NCBI GenBank assembly: GCA_041657885.1
Contig: JBBABB010000001.1
Location: 129,094 to 193,093 of the forward strand
DNA from: Minisyncoccota bacterium
GTDB taxonomy: Bacteria > Patescibacteriota > Minisyncoccia > Phycocordibacterales > UBA9973
Direction of reading: 5' to 3'
Length of the DNA stretch: 64,000 nucleotides
Position numbers and translations under genes: made by a program. Below are positions 37,348 to 46,510 of this stretch, piece after piece. The notes under the pieces are model-generated. The model made no database searches and was not told where the DNA came from. It saw only the letters and a program-made list of their open reading frames with translations. How positions within the stretch are numbered: position 1 is the first letter of the stretch; every line of letters begins with the position of its first letter.

Positions 37348-39219
37348 ATGGAAATTAGAAATATAGCAATAATCGCCCACGTGGACCATGGAAAAACCAC
37401 TTTGACTGACCAGATGATGAAGCAATGCGGAATGGTGAAAGAAGGGGTTACCATGGATTCAAACGCTCTTGAACTTGAGCGTGGTATTACTATATATTCC
37501 AAAAACACTTCAGTAATTTATAAAGGAAAAAAAATAAATATTGTAGATACTCCAGGCCACGCGGACTTCGGTTCTGAAGTTGAGCGTGTTCTTCGCGCGA
37601 TTGATTCTGTGCTTCTACTTGTAGATGCGCAAGAAGGTCCAATGCCTCAAACTCGCTTTGTTTTGAAAAAGTCCCTTGAGTTAGGACTTAAACCGATTGT
37701 TGTAATAAATAAAATAGATAAGCCAGCCTCAAACCCAGCTCGCGTTCATGATGAGATACTTGAACTTTTCTTGGAGCTTGGAGCTACTCAAGAACAAATT
37801 GATTTCAAATATTTATACGCTATAAGTCGCCAAGGAATAGCAAAATTAAAACTTGAAGATGAATCCAAAGATTTAACTCCTTTATTTGATCTAATACTTT
37901 CTGAAGTTAAAGAAGCATCTGTCGATAAAAACGCTCCTTTTCGGGCGCAAGTTTTTAATCTTGGCTATGATAACTTTTTGGGGCGTTTGGCTATCGTTCG
38001 CGCTTATGCTGGGTCTATTAAAACTAGCTCTCAAATTATAGTAAAAGATACTGTTGGTAATTCTCGTAATGCTCGCATTTCTAAAATATTTACTTTCCAG
38101 GGGATAGATAGAAAAGAAGTAAGCGTATTAAATACTGGAGATATCGCTATTATCGCTGGAATTCCCGATGTCTATATTGGAGAAACAATTTGTGATGATA
38201 TAAATACGCAAGCTCTTCCCTCTATTGATATAGATGAACCAACAATTTCCTTAAATTTTTTAGTAAATGATTCTCCTTTTGCAGGTCGTGAAGGTAAGTA
38301 TGTGACGGGTAGACAAATAAGAGAGCGTCTCGAAAAAGAACTTGAAATGAACGTTGGTCTTCGAATCAACTTTGATGTTCCAGATGAAGAATTAGGAAAA
38401 GAAGCCCGCCCGAACGACGCAGTCGGGCAGGGATTTCTTGTCTACGGACGTGGTGAATTACATATTGCAGTACTACTAGAAAATATGCGTCGTGAAGGAT
38501 ATGAGCTCCAAGTTTCTCAGCCCCACGTAATTATAAAACCTGCCCGCCCTCACGAAAGTTCGGGAGCAGGCGGGGAAGAAAAAGTAACTATGTTGGAGCC
38601 GTATGAAGAAGCAACCATTGATGTCAGGAGTGAATTTTCTGGTTCAGTTATAGAAAAATTAACTGCGCGCCGAGGAATTATAACAAATATGCATGAGAAA
38701 GAAGGAATTGTTCGAATGTTGATAGAGATACCCACTCGAGGATTGCTCGGATATCGTGGACAATTTATTGTAGATACTAAAGGTGAAGGAATACTTGCTT
38801 CAAGATTTATTGGATTTAAAAATTATGCAGGAGAAATAAAAAAGCGAGATGTGGGGTCTATGACTTCAATGATTAATGGTAAAGTTGTTGCATTCTCACT
38901 TTGGACTCTACAAGAAAGAGGAACTCTGTATGTAGAGCATGGAGATGAAGTATATGAAGGAATGGTTATTGGAAATGTTATAAAAGGAGATGAATTGACG
39001 GTTAATCCAACAAAAGGGAAACAACTTTCCAATATGCGTTCTTCAGGCACTGATGAAGCAATCAATGTTAAGCCACCATATAAGTTGTCTATTGAGCGAG
39101 GACTTGAGGTTATGGCTGAAGATGAATATCTTGAAATTACACCCCAAAATACTCGCTTACGCAAGAAGCTTCTAACGGAACAAGACCGATCAAAATCAAA
39201 AACAGCTAAAAATAAGTGA
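37348..39219 (+). CDS. typA: Translational GTPase TypA/BipA, carrying a 12-aa in-frame insertion ([12 protein letters not shown])
   Basis: [35 protein letters not shown]. Insertion at 38539..38576 relative to E. coli/B. subtilis BipA. Confidence 0.9.
   Translation: MEIRNIAIIAHVDHGKTTLTDQMMKQCGMVKEGVTMDSNALELERGITIYSKNTSVIYKGKKINIVDTPGHADFGSEVERVLRAIDSVLLLVDAQEGPMPQTRFVLKKSLELGLKPIVVINKIDKPASNPARVHDEILELFLELGATQEQIDFKYLYAISRQGIAKLKLEDESKDLTPLFDLILSEVKEASVDKNAPFRAQVFNLGYDNFLGRLAIVRAYAGSIKTSSQIIVKDTVGNSRNARISKIFTFQGIDRKEVSVLNTGDIAIIAGIPDVYIGETICDDINTQALPSIDIDEPTISLNFLVNDSPFAGREGKYVTGRQIRERLEKELEMNVGLRINFDVPDEELGKEARPNDAVGQGFLVYGRGELHIAVLLENMRREGYELQVSQPHVIIKPARPHESSGAGGEEKVTMLEPYEEATIDVRSEFSGSVIEKLTARRGIITNMHEKEGIVRMLIEIPTRGLLGYRGQFIVDTKGEGILASRFIGFKNYAGEIKKRDVGSMTSMINGKVVAFSLWTLQERGTLYVEHGDEVYEGMVIGNVIKGDELTVNPTKGKQLSNMRSSGTDEAINVKPPYKLSIERGLEVMAEDEYLEITPQNTRLRKKLLTEQDRSKSKTAKNK
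38539..38576. repeat. GC-rich palindromic element (family E) inserted in frame in typA
   Basis: cctgcccgccctcacgaaagttcgggagcaggcgggga; identical 38-mer at 43646..43683 in mnmA. Confidence 0.8.
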
Positions 39220-39322
39220 TACATTTATAAGGTGAATAATAAGGATTTAAATTAGTTGACTTTATTTGATAGTAATGATATTATGGCAAATAGATAATTA
39301 GTTAGGTTAAATTTTAATTCAA

Positions 39323-40354
39323 ATGGCTAATACAATCACATTTAAACCAAAACAAGTTACTAAAAGAATGCTTTCAGGTCTATCACCACGCGCTCATGAG
39401 GTGATTATTAATCGTTTCGGTATTACCGATAATGCAGAACGTAAAACACTAGAAGCAATAGGTCAGAAATATGGCATTACTCGTGAGCGTGTTCGTCAGA
39501 TAGAAAATACAGCTCTGGTTTTTATTCGTAAATCAGAATTTTTCAAGAACGAGAAAGAAGTTTTTGAAGAATTAAAGAAATTAGTGCATACCTTAGGAGC
39601 TATTATTTCGGAACAAGATTTACTCAATCATTTATCTAAAGATAAATTAACTCAGAATCATATAAATTTATTTCTAACTCTAGGGAATGATTTTACTAAA
39701 CACAAAGAAGATGAGAATTTTAAAACTCGTTGGAGTGTTGATGCTGACATAGCAGAACAGATTCACAAGTCATTGAAAAATATTTATGAAGGTCTTTCGG
39801 ATGATGAGTTAATTTCTGAAGGAGAACTTATCGCTCGATTTCTTGAAGAAGTCAAAGATTTATCTGAACAATATAAAAATGAAGAAATCGCTCGCCGCTG
39901 GCTTTCAATGTCCAAGAAGATTAGTAAGAATCCATTAGGAGAATGGGGAAAGTCCACATCTTCTAGTATCAAGACCCGTGGAGTAAAAGATTATGCATTT
40001 TTGATGATGCGTAAACATGGTAGCCCAATGCACTTCAGAGAAGTAGCAAAAGCCGTAGCTAGTACTTTTAATAAGAAATGTCACGTAGCGACTTGTCATA
40101 ATGAACTTATAAAAGACCCTAGGTTTGTCCTTGTAGGAAGAGGAATTTATGCTTTATCGGAATGGGGGTATAAGACAGGAGTAGTTCGCGACGTTATCAA
40201 AGAACTCATAAAGAAAAATGGTCCTATGTTAAAAAATGATATTATTGACCAGGTTATGAAAGAAAGATATTTAAAGAAAAATACCATTTTGGTTAATCTA
40301 CAGAATTCAAAATATTTCAAGAAAAATAAGACTGGACAATACACAATAGTTTAA
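39323..40354 (+). CDS. Sigma-70 region-4-like HTH domain protein with large C-terminal domain
   Basis: LSPRAHEVIINRFGITDNAERKTLEAIGQKYGITRERVRQIENTAL resembles sigma-70 region 4. Confidence 0.45.
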   Translation: MANTITFKPKQVTKRMLSGLSPRAHEVIINRFGITDNAERKTLEAIGQKYGITRERVRQIENTALVFIRKSEFFKNEKEVFEELKKLVHTLGAIISEQDLLNHLSKDKLTQNHINLFLTLGNDFTKHKEDENFKTRWSVDADIAEQIHKSLKNIYEGLSDDELISEGELIARFLEEVKDLSEQYKNEEIARRWLSMSKKISKNPLGEWGKSTSSSIKTRGVKDYAFLMMRKHGSPMHFREVAKAVASTFNKKCHVATCHNELIKDPRFVLVGRGIYALSEWGYKTGVVRDVIKELIKKNGPMLKNDIIDQVMKERYLKKNTILVNLQNSKYFKKNKTGQYTIV

Positions 40355-40361
40355 AAGAAGG

Positions 40362-40398
40362 AAAACCTCTCCGATTATGGTCGGAGAGGTTTTCTTTT
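40362..40398 (+). terminator. Rho-independent terminator (13-bp stem aaaacctctccga...tcggagaggtttt + T-run)
   Basis: Perfect 13-bp stem, 6-nt loop. Confidence 0.75.
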
Positions 40399-40517
40399 GT
40401 AGATATGGTATAATATGTCATATGCAGAGAGGTGTAATTGCAAATATTATTATAGTAATAATTGGTATTATTTTTATAGCCATATTAATCGGATTTTTTA
40501 ATAAACCATAATATTAT

Positions 40518-41816
40518 ATGATAGATAATTTTTTTGCTACACATAATTTTAATTTAATACAAATAATAATAGCTGGCATTGGTTATTTAATGCCACTTCC
40601 TTTGGCATTTATTGCATTCAAATTATGGCATCACTACAAGCAAGAGCGTTTTATAATGAATATAAAATGGGTTTTACTTGAAATACAAGTACCACGCGAT
40701 GTCATAAAAACCCCCGCAACCATGGAACTTATTTTTTCTAATGCTTTTTATCACAAAAGTATAAAGGGGTTTTGGGAAGAATATATGATAGGTGCTCCAT
40801 GGTTATGGTTCTCACTTGAAATTGTTTCTATAGACGGAAGAGTCCATTTTTTTGTTCGAACTCCAACTCGTATACGTGACTTAGTAGAAACACAAATATA
40901 TGCACAATATCCACAAGCCAAAGTGGTGGAGACAGAAGATTATGTTTGGAACATACCTCAATATACAAAAAATGGTGGTTGGAATATGTGGGGTTGTGAA
41001 TTTACCAAGAAGAAAGATGATATTATGCCAATAAGAACATATAAACAGATAGAAGAGATGAAAAGTGGAACCAAAGAAGAATTTAAAGTTGACCCTATTA
41101 CTCCGACAATAGAATATCTCGGCTCACTTCCAAAGGGGCAACAAGTTTGGATTCAGATAGTTATAAGGCAAAATATTAAAAAGTACCATAGTAAGATTAC
41201 AGGTAAACATATTAGTTTTGAAGAGCATGCTGAAGAGTATATGAAAAAGCTTCTTGAACCATATACAAAAATTGGTAAAGGGGGTGGAGTTGGAGGAATA
41301 GATTCTATGGAAATACGTCCACCAGGTTTTCTTGACCTTTCTATCAAACAAATGACTTCAAATTTAGGTCAAATTCATTTTGATTGTGGAATACGTCTAG
41401 TAACATTAGCAGATAAAAAATTATTTTCTGATGAACAATTTAATAGTTTGAGACGTTCCTCTCGTCTTGTCTTTCGTCAATTTGCTCAGCCGTACTCCAA
41501 TGAATTAGACCGTATCAGCTCCACCCAGTTTGATGCTCCTTGGTCTGACCCGACAGGACTTGCATTAACTAAACTCAAAAAACGCATGCTTGATTTTTAT
41601 CGTTTGAGAACATTTTTCCATCCGCCTATTCAATATGCTTTTAAATACCCAGCTGTATTTAGTGTGTTTTTTCCTTCAGGTAAACCTCAGATTTTTGTGC
41701 TTTCCAATGAGGAGTTAGCCTCTCTTTATCATTTCCCAGGTATGGTTTCAGAGACTCCAAGCTTCAAGAGAATAGAGTCAAAGATTGCAAAACCACCTTC
41801 AAACTTGCCTGTATAA
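40518..41816 (+). CDS. Hypothetical membrane protein
   Basis: ORF with N-terminal TM helices; no recognised motif. Confidence 0.3.
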   Translation: MIDNFFATHNFNLIQIIIAGIGYLMPLPLAFIAFKLWHHYKQERFIMNIKWVLLEIQVPRDVIKTPATMELIFSNAFYHKSIKGFWEEYMIGAPWLWFSLEIVSIDGRVHFFVRTPTRIRDLVETQIYAQYPQAKVVETEDYVWNIPQYTKNGGWNMWGCEFTKKKDDIMPIRTYKQIEEMKSGTKEEFKVDPITPTIEYLGSLPKGQQVWIQIVIRQNIKKYHSKITGKHISFEEHAEEYMKKLLEPYTKIGKGGGVGGIDSMEIRPPGFLDLSIKQMTSNLGQIHFDCGIRLVTLADKKLFSDEQFNSLRRSSRLVFRQFAQPYSNELDRISSTQFDAPWSDPTGLALTKLKKRMLDFYRLRTFFHPPIQYAFKYPAVFSVFFPSGKPQIFVLSNEELASLYHFPGMVSETPSFKRIESKIAKPPSNLPV

Positions 41817-41817
41817 T

Positions 41818-42684
41818 ATGCGTATATCAAATATATTCTTAATTTTTTGTTTTATTACCTTATTTTCATTTTTCTTTTTATCTACTCCTTCGGGAAATAA
41901 GGATATAATTTTTCATGTAGCATCTCGGCAATCAATAAATTCTATTACTCAAGAATTAGAAAATAAAAATGTTATTCGAAATGATTTTACTCTAAAAGTT
42001 TTTATTCAATTATTGAAGTCAGGAAAGGGTGTCATCGCGGGCGATTATTTGATTAAGAAAAATTCTCCAGTGTGGATTGTTGCTTGGCAGATAGGTAGAG
42101 GACATCATAAAATGAAACCGATTAGGATAACTATTAGAGAAGGTCTGACAAATGAAGAAATCGCTGTTTTACTTGCAGGCAAATTAACTGGTTTTCGACA
42201 AGATTTATTTTTATCTGGTGTAGAAAACAAACAGGGATATCTATTTCCAGATACATATTTCTTTTTTCCATTAGATACAGCTGACGAAATCATAGAACAA
42301 TTATCAAATAATTTTAAAAAAAGAATTGAAAATCTTTCTCCCTCTATAAATTCAAGTGGTAAAAATTTATCTGAGATTATAACTATGGCTTCAATACTTG
42401 AAGGTGAAGCCGGTGGAGAAGAAGATATTGCAATTATTTCTAGTATTTTATGGAAAAGAATTTCTATGGGAATGTCATTGCAAGTAGATACAGATAAATC
42501 TACTTATACCACAAATGGATTGCCCACTAAACCGCTGAATAATCCCGGATTATTATCTATAAATGCAGCGATAAATCCTATAAATTCTTCTTACTTGTAT
42601 TATCTTCATGATAAAAATGGTAAAGTACATTATGCTGTGACTTTTGAAGAACATAAGCGTAATATAGCTAATTATCTTAAATAA
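41818..42684 (+). CDS. mltG: Endolytic murein transglycosylase MltG (YceG-like)
   Basis: LFPDTYFF, ITMASILEGEAGGEEDIAIISSILWKR, GLPTKPLNNPG. Confidence 0.75.
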   Translation: MRISNIFLIFCFITLFSFFFLSTPSGNKDIIFHVASRQSINSITQELENKNVIRNDFTLKVFIQLLKSGKGVIAGDYLIKKNSPVWIVAWQIGRGHHKMKPIRITIREGLTNEEIAVLLAGKLTGFRQDLFLSGVENKQGYLFPDTYFFFPLDTADEIIEQLSNNFKKRIENLSPSINSSGKNLSEIITMASILEGEAGGEEDIAIISSILWKRISMGMSLQVDTDKSTYTTNGLPTKPLNNPGLLSINAAINPINSSYLYYLHDKNGKVHYAVTFEEHKRNIANYLK

Positions 42685-42742
42685 TCCGCCTTCGCATAAA
42701 ACTACGGCAAGACAAGTCCGCCAAAATTTTTACGAAAAAGAT

Positions 42743-44083
42743 ATGGTGATTAAAAATAATAAAACAGTATTTATTGGGGTTTCCCCGAATAGAAGAGTAC
42801 TTCCTACGGGGCAGGCAGGCGGAGTTAAGCCTACTGTTTTTGTTGGTGTTTCAGGAGGTGTTGACAGTTCGGTTTCCGCGGCCCTTTTAAAAGAGGCTAC
42901 ACCAAAAAATTTTAAAAAATTTTTTGGTCGCCCGACCCCGAAGGGGTTTAGAGGATACAATGTAGTTGGGGTTTTTATTCGTACTTGGACACCGGATTTT
43001 ATAGAATGTACTTGGAAAAATGAGCGTCGTGATGCTATGCGAGTATGTGCGCATCTTAATATTCCTTTTTTAGAATGTGATGCTGAAAAAGAATATAAAA
43101 AAAGTGTGGTAGATTATATGATTGAAGAATATAAAAAAGGTAATACTCCAAACCCCGATGTAATGTGTAATCGAGAAGTTAAATTTGGAGTGTTTTGGAA
43201 ATTTGCACAATCTCACGGGGCAGATTTTATTGCCACGGGGCACTATGCACGCAAATCTCCCCTCCTTGTGGAGGAGGGGGTAGGGGGTGGTGATCCAAAA
43301 GAATTACCACCTCGCCCTGCGGGCACTCCTCCTCGAAAAGGAGGAGAGGAAATGCATAAATTACTAAAAGGTATTGACTCATCCAAAGACCAAGTTTATT
43401 TTTTGTGGACTTTAACGCAGGAAGATTTGTCTCATATTTTATTTCCCATTGGACATTTAAAAAAGACAGAAGTTCGTAAACTTGCAAAGAAATATAATCT
43501 TCCAACTGCGACGAAAAAAGACAGTCAGGGTATTTGTTTTCTGGGGCTACTTGATATGAAGGATTTCTTGAGACACTATATTAAATCAGAAAAAGGGAAT
43601 GTTTTGCTTGCCCGTCACGATAGTGAATTAGGGAATGAAAAGGGACCTGCCCGCCCTCACGAAAGTTCGGGAGCAGGCGGGGAAATAATTGGAAATCATA
43701 ATGGCGCGGTATTTTTCACTCTTGGAGAAAGACATGGATTTACTCTTAATAAACATTCCGAAAATGATGAACCTTTATATGTAATATCAAAAGATATAAA
43801 AAATAACACCATTACTGTTTCCCCTAGGCCTTGCCTAGGGGAAGAAGACGAACCACATAGGACCGTCCTATGTAATAATGCAAACTGGATTTCAGGTATA
43901 CCAGAAAAAGATAAGGTGTATATAGCTCAAATTCGTTATCATGGAGAGTTTTTAGATTGTAAAGTGGTCGTCACAGGTCAGACCTGTGAAATAACTTTTG
44001 ATAAAAATGTAATTGTTGATAAAGGACAATCAATAGTTATTTATGATGGGGATATTTGCCTAGGGGGTGGTGTGGTAATTTAA
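42743..44083 (+). CDS. mnmA: tRNA-specific 2-thiouridylase MnmA with at least 5 in-frame GC-rich insertions
   Basis: VGVSGGVDSSVSA (PP-loop), NPDVMCN, TGHYAR, KDQVYFL, QGICFLG. 446 aa versus about 360 aa for orthologs. Confidence 0.8.
   Translation: MVIKNNKTVFIGVSPNRRVLPTGQAGGVKPTVFVGVSGGVDSSVSAALLKEATPKNFKKFFGRPTPKGFRGYNVVGVFIRTWTPDFIECTWKNERRDAMRVCAHLNIPFLECDAEKEYKKSVVDYMIEEYKKGNTPNPDVMCNREVKFGVFWKFAQSHGADFIATGHYARKSPLLVEEGVGGGDPKELPPRPAGTPPRKGGEEMHKLLKGIDSSKDQVYFLWTLTQEDLSHILFPIGHLKKTEVRKLAKKYNLPTATKKDSQGICFLGLLDMKDFLRHYIKSEKGNVLLARHDSELGNEKGPARPHESSGAGGEIIGNHNGAVFFTLGERHGFTLNKHSENDEPLYVISKDIKNNTITVSPRPCLGEEDEPHRTVLCNNANWISGIPEKDKVYIAQIRYHGEFLDCKVVVTGQTCEITFDKNVIVDKGQSIVIYDGDICLGGGVVI
43646..43683. 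repeat. Family E element, identical copy inserted in frame in mnmA
   Basis: The same 38-mer as in typA. Confidence 0.8.
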
Positions 44084-44104
44084 ATTTTTTGGTATAATAT
44101 ACAT

Positions 44105-44587
44105 ATGGAAAATTTTTTAAGCATAACAACAATAGATATTATAATTCGTCTTTTTGTCGCTTTGTTTTTGGGTATGATTATTGGGACTGAACGTGTCTGG
44201 GCACATAAGACAGCAGGAATGCGGACATATGCACTTGTCGCTATGGGCTCAGCTTTGTTTGTAATTATTTCAAACGAAATGGTCAAGTATTATACAGGAT
44301 TTAGTGGACTAAACCCCCTAATGATTGTTTCTCAAATAGTCGTTGGTGTGGGTTTTATTGGAGCCGGTCTTATTTTTTCCAAAGATTCAAAATTAATGGG
44401 TCTCACAACGGCTACTGGTTTGTGGGTTTCGGCAGGGATTGGTATGGCTGCTGGTTTTAGACTTTTTAATATTGCAATAATTGCAACAGTTCTTACTTTA
44501 TTTATCTTTATAATTTTGTGGTTTGTGGAAGAACAACTTAAAAAATCAAAATTTTTTAAAGAGAATAATGTACAGGATGTAAATTAA
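44105..44587 (+). CDS. MgtC/SapB family membrane protein
   Basis: DIIIRLFVALFLGMIIGTERVWAHKTAGMRTYALVAMGSALF. TGGTATAAT 6 nt upstream. Confidence 0.75.
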   Translation: MENFLSITTIDIIIRLFVALFLGMIIGTERVWAHKTAGMRTYALVAMGSALFVIISNEMVKYYTGFSGLNPLMIVSQIVVGVGFIGAGLIFSKDSKLMGLTTATGLWVSAGIGMAAGFRLFNIAIIATVLTLFIFIILWFVEEQLKKSKFFKENNVQDVN

Positions 44588-44593
44588 ATCTAG

Positions 44594-46414
44594 ATGAAAA
44601 TGCAATCAAGTGAGATTCGTAACAAGTTTTTAAAATTTTTTGAGAAAAGGGGACATGCCTTTGTTCCTTCGGCGTCGCTTGTAACCACCACTGAAGCAGG
44701 TGCTATGGATGCAACTCTCTTTAATACAGCTGGTATGCAACCATTTGTGCCTTATCTTTTGGGTGAACCTCATCCTATGGGTGTGCGTTTAGTCAATGTG
44801 CAAAAATGTTTAAGAACTATTGACTTAAGTGAAGTTGGTGATACTACTCACAATACATTTTTTGAAATGATGGGCAATTGGTCACTCGGAGATTATTTTA
44901 AGAAAGATGCGATAACATGGAGTTACGAATTCTTGACTTCAAAAGTTGAAGGTTTAGGTCTCGATGTAGGTCGCTTATATGTGACTGTTTTTGCTGGTAG
45001 TGAAAAAGTTGAGCGCGATAATGAATCAGTAGAAATTTGGAAGTCGCTTGGTATTCCCGAACATCGCATTTATTATAAAAGTTCAAAATCAAATTGGTGG
45101 AGCGCAGGGCTCAATTCTCCAGCTGGTCCTAGCACTGAAATGTTTTATGATATTACGGGGAAACTCGGAGACTTGACCCAAGAAGAATTTGAGAAAAATG
45201 AAGAAGAACAAAAAGTTATAGAAATATGGAATGATGTATTTATGTCATACCGACTTGTAAATGGTAAAATTGTGGGAGAGCTTCCACAGAAAAATATTGA
45301 TACTGGCGCTGGGCTTGAACGTATTACCACGATGGTGCAAGGCAAAAGAAGTGTTTATGAGACAGATTTATTTTTACCTATCATTAAAAAGATTGAAGAA
45401 TTATCGGGATTATCATACGGAGATAAATCTGATGATGAGTATATAAAAAGTGGAGAAAAATGTTTTGTTGATACAAGAAAGAAAATCAGAATTGTGGCTG
45501 ACCATGTCCGTACGGCAGTTTTCATAATCGCTGATGGTGTGTTGCCGTCAAATACTGGACGAGGTTATATTCTTCGCCGGATTATTCGCCGAGCAGTACG
45601 ATATTCTGATTTGATTTCACTTAAACATGGTTCACTTCTTGCACTTTCTGAAATAATAATTGAAGAATATAAAGATGCATACCCAGAGCTTTTAAAAAAT
45701 ATAGATACCATTAAAAAAGAAATTGAAAAAGAAGAAAATAAATTCCGCCTCACTCTCGAGCTTGGAATTCGTGAGTTTGGAAAAGGTGCCGACCCATTTA
45801 TTTTATTTACAACTTATGGTTTTCCCATTGAGCTTACCGAAGAACTAGCCAAAGAAAAAGGAATTAAAATTGATCTAGACGATTTTAAAAAGAAAATGGA
45901 AGAGCATCAAAAACTTTCTCAGACTTCATCTGCGGGGATATTTAAAGGAGGGCTCGCAAATCACAACGAAAAGACAATAAAACTTCATACCGCTCATCAC
46001 TTACTCCTAGCAGGATTACAGGCCATAGTTAGTCCAGATATAAGACAACGTGGCAGTAATATTACCGAAGAACGTCTACGGATGGATTTTGTGTGTGACC
46101 ATAAACTCACAGATGAAGAAAAACAAAAAGTTGAAAATTGGGTAAATGATAAAATACAGAAAAATTTAAACGTTATATGTCGAGAAATGCCACTAGCCGA
46201 AGCAGAAAAAATCGGAGCTCAGATGGAATTCGGAGCAAAGTATCCAGAAACTGTATCAATATATTTTATAGAAGATAAAGATGGCAACCCAATATCAAAA
46301 GAATTCTGTGGCGGGCCTCATGTATCAAATACTTCTGAATTAGGTCATTTCAAAATCCAAAAAGAAGAAGCTGTAGCTTCGGGTATCCGTCGCATTAAAG
46401 CCATACTTGTCTAA
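44594..46414 (+). CDS. alaS: Alanyl-tRNA synthetase (catalytic + editing domains; lacks C-terminal C-Ala domain)
   Basis: FNTAGMQPF, WSLGDYFK, editing HxxxH/CGGPHV motifs. 606 aa versus about 870 aa typical. Confidence 0.8.
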   Translation: MKMQSSEIRNKFLKFFEKRGHAFVPSASLVTTTEAGAMDATLFNTAGMQPFVPYLLGEPHPMGVRLVNVQKCLRTIDLSEVGDTTHNTFFEMMGNWSLGDYFKKDAITWSYEFLTSKVEGLGLDVGRLYVTVFAGSEKVERDNESVEIWKSLGIPEHRIYYKSSKSNWWSAGLNSPAGPSTEMFYDITGKLGDLTQEEFEKNEEEQKVIEIWNDVFMSYRLVNGKIVGELPQKNIDTGAGLERITTMVQGKRSVYETDLFLPIIKKIEELSGLSYGDKSDDEYIKSGEKCFVDTRKKIRIVADHVRTAVFIIADGVLPSNTGRGYILRRIIRRAVRYSDLISLKHGSLLALSEIIIEEYKDAYPELLKNIDTIKKEIEKEENKFRLTLELGIREFGKGADPFILFTTYGFPIELTEELAKEKGIKIDLDDFKKKMEEHQKLSQTSSAGIFKGGLANHNEKTIKLHTAHHLLLAGLQAIVSPDIRQRGSNITEERLRMDFVCDHKLTDEEKQKVENWVNDKIQKNLNVICREMPLAEAEKIGAQMEFGAKYPETVSIYFIEDKDGNPISKEFCGGPHVSNTSELGHFKIQKEEAVASGIRRIKAILV

Positions 46415-46510
46415 TTTTCCACAAATTATTGAGCTTTTTTATTAATCCTGTAGTATAACCCCGTAGCAGAATTTTGTAAAAATTTCACTACAGGGTATAA
46501 TATAAGTACT

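Noticed and set aside
42743-44083. Inteins as explanation for the extra length of MnmA (and TypA)
   Set aside because: Inserts are only 12-30 aa, lack intein block motifs (no Cys/Ser-...-HN termini) and are GC-rich palindromes at the DNA level. An in-frame palindromic-element insertion is the better explanation.
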